Program-made: the position numbers and the translations under genes | Shown: positions 62,323 through 64,000 of the stretch, piece by piece | How positions within the stretch are numbered: the first letter of the stretch is position 1 | Layout: each line of letters begins with the position of its first letter | Assembly (NCBI GenBank): GCA_965215005.1 | Contig: CBDCCZ010000018.1 | Coordinates: 288,001-352,000 of the forward strand | Length of the DNA: 64,000 bases | Source of the DNA: Kofleriaceae bacterium | Lineage (GTDB): Bacteria > Myxococcota_A > Polyangia > Haliangiales > Haliangiaceae | Direction: 5' to 3' | The notes under the pieces: model-generated | Told to the model about the DNA's origin: nothing | The model's input: only the letters and a program-made list of their open reading frames with translations | Database searches by the model: none

Positions 62323-63417
62323 TTACCGAATCACTGCCAGCCGGGGACTCTTCTTTGGCTTGGCGAGAATCGGCTTGGCGATGTTGAGCGCCACCCGCGA
62401 GGCGATATCCATGAACGTGCGGGCGTGCTCAGAATCGGGCGAGGAAAGCACGATAGGTACGCCGCTATCGCCGCCAAACCGGATCCGCGTGTCGATAGGA
62501 ATCTCTCCCAAGAACTCAGCGCCGATCTCCTGAGCCAGACGCTTGCCGCCGCCGTGCGAGAAGATCTCGTCGTGGTGACCGCACGCCGGACAGCGGTAGT
62601 ACGCCATGTTCTCGATGATGCCGAGCACCGGAATCTCGACCTTCTCAAACATGGAGATTCCCTTGACCACGTCGATGATCGAAACCTCTTGCGGAGTGGT
62701 CACCATCACCGAGCCGGCAATGGGAATCAGCTGTGACAGCGACAGCTGCACGTCCCCCGTTCCAGGCGGCAAGTCGCAAACGAGATAGTCGAGCTCCCCC
62801 CACTGCACGTCGCCCAGGAACTGCTGGAGCAGCCGATGCACCATGGGCCCGCGCCAGACCACCGCCTCTTCTTTATTGACGAAGAAGCCCACGGAGATAA
62901 CCGCCAGCCCGTGATGGACCGCTGGCGTGATGTGCTTGTCGCCAACGGCACCGGCCGGTTTGCTCGGCGGGCCGAGCATGGTCGGAATCGACGGGCCGAA
63001 GACATCCGCGTCGAGGAGCCCGACTTTGGCGCCATGACGCTGGAGCGCCAACGCGAGGTTGGTAGCAACCGTTGATTTACCTACGCCACCCTTGCCCGCC
63101 GCCACTGCGACAACGTTCTTGGGGCCGCGTAGGAGCATCTTTTCACTGGTGGGAGGGGCGTGCGCGGTCTCCACCTGCATATGCACTGTGACGGTCGCGG
63201 CACCCGCAGCGGTCAGTGCCTTCTTGATGCGCGCTTCGAGCTCGGCCCGCGCGCTCGGCGGATACGCGTGGGTCGGCAGGGTGATGTTGACCAGCACCTC
63301 GCTGCCCGACACTTCGGCGCTCGTGAACAACCGATACGAAACGATGTCTTTGCCGAAGGCGGGGTCGTCGACCTTGGCCAGAAGCTCTTTAACCGAGCTA
63401 GTGTCGAGCTTGCTCAT
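62323..63417 (-). CDS. apbC: Mrp/NBP35 (ApbC) Fe-S cluster carrier ATPase
   Basis: GKGGVGKST, DADVFGPS, WRGPM, DLPPGTGD, VTTPQ, ENM..YRCPAC. Confidence 0.95.
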   Translation of the reverse strand: MSKLDTSSVKELLAKVDDPAFGKDIVSYRLFTSAEVSGSEVLVNITLPTHAYPPSARAELEARIKKALTAAGAATVTVHMQVETAHAPPTSEKMLLRGPKNVVAVAAGKGGVGKSTVATNLALALQRHGAKVGLLDADVFGPSIPTMLGPPSKPAGAVGDKHITPAVHHGLAVISVGFFVNKEEAVVWRGPMVHRLLQQFLGDVQWGELDYLVCDLPPGTGDVQLSLSQLIPIAGSVMVTTPQEVSIIDVVKGISMFEKVEIPVLGIIENMAYYRCPACGHHDEIFSHGGGKRLAQEIGAEFLGEIPIDTRIRFGGDSGVPIVLSSPDSEHARTFMDIASRVALNIAKPILAKPKKSPRLAVIR

Positions 63418-63538
63418 GAACGGCGCGTTCCTTCGCTAATTCGGTCAGCGGTGCGCAGGAACCGGAGCAACCCAGTTGCTTGCTCAGCTGCGCACCCAGC
63501 GGTCGTGCGACGCCATCGATGGCGTGAGGCGACTCTGG

Positions 63539-63561
63539 GCCGCCCCGACGCGGGGCAAGGG
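63539..63561. repeat. 23-bp intergenic hairpin element, copy 2
   Basis: Identical to 47968-47990. Confidence 0.8.
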
Positions 63562-63625
63562 TCGAGCTCCGCTGCTCTAGCCCCGATTTCGGCGTCTTCC
63601 GCATCCATTGTTATCTTTCAGCGGT

Positions 63626-64000
63626 TCACGACTTGCGTCGCAAGTTAGCCGCCGCGCGCGCCGCGTCAGCGGCGATGTGTCCCATCTTGGATCGCTTCAC
63701 ACTCAGATAGGCAGCGCTGTGCTCGCTGGCGTCCACCCAGTGCGACTCCTGCGCAGCGACCGCGATACCGGCCGCTTCGAGACCCTCGATCTTGGCGGGA
63801 TTGTTGGTCATCAGACGAACCGACTCCACCCCGAGCTCGCGTAGCATTGCCGCCGCGATCTCGTAGCTGCGCATGTCGGCGTCAAAGCCAAGCGCCAGGT
63901 TGGCTTCGACGGTGTCGACGCCTTCATCTTGCAAGGCATACGCGCGCACCTTGTTGCCAAGGCCAATGCCACGACCTTCTTGATTGAGGTACACCAGCAC
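63626..64000 (-). CDS. ribA: GTP cyclohydrolase II (RibA or RibBA), C-terminal part, truncated by window end
   Basis: YLNQEGRGIGL.NK, DTVEAN, LMTNNPAK, K..KMGH. Confidence 0.93.
   Translation of the reverse strand: MLVYLNQEGRGIGLGNKVRAYALQDEGVDTVEANLALGFDADMRSYEIAAAMLRELGVESVRLMTNNPAKIEGLEAAGIAVAAQESHWVDASEHSAAYLSVKRSKMGHIAADAARAAANLRRKS

Noticed and set aside
63450..63525. Inverted repeat (63450-63496) and 16-bp palindrome (63510-63525) upstream of apbC
   Set aside because: Real but short and GC-rich; no function can be supported

Overview
GC-rich, densely coding bacterial chromosome segment. Gene content (SofG/MglA-type GTPase, GltJ/AgmX-like protein, DUF1592/DUF1552 pair, Ser/Thr kinase, mevalonate pathway, many histidine kinases) suggests Myxococcota, possibly Haliangiales/Polyangia; this is an inference. 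About 53 CDS; no rRNA, tRNA, CRISPR, transposase or integrase seen. Layout: (1) a long minus-strand run hemW-hrcA-grpE-dnaK-dnaJ-LpoA-like-site-2 protease-Zn-ribbon-sofG-kinase-2xCNNM-larB-larC-2 kinases; (2) cysteine desulfurase-thiI; (3) a variable patch with a LamG relic, a serine hydrolase, a frameshifted GltJ-like gene and DUF1552/DUF1592; (4) a minus-strand signalling run: peptide-binding protein-kinase-diguanylate cyclase-gpsA-deacetylase-Ser/Thr kinase-lipoprotein-threonine dehydratase; (5) a TatT-type TRAP transporter followed by a UbiA-type phosphoribosyltransferase, a mevalonate operon and hpnC; (6) rarA, a sigma54-preceded PilZ gene, a second binding protein, dacB, rubrerythrin-DUF3501, Lon-N, mrp and partial ribA. 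Best candidates for under-described systems are the TRAP-T/isoprenoid cluster (DctM has an unusual Cys-rich plus acidic-repeat tail), the permease-less binding protein-kinase-DGC module, and the HATPase-less kinase pair beside lar/CNNM/sofG. Fine-scale signals include tandem duplications at gene junctions, an SD-sequestering hairpin at dnaK, recurrent -10 boxes just upstream of starts, an extreme C-skew at the thiI 3' end and a candidate structured RNA. All calls come from reading motifs by eye; no database search was run.
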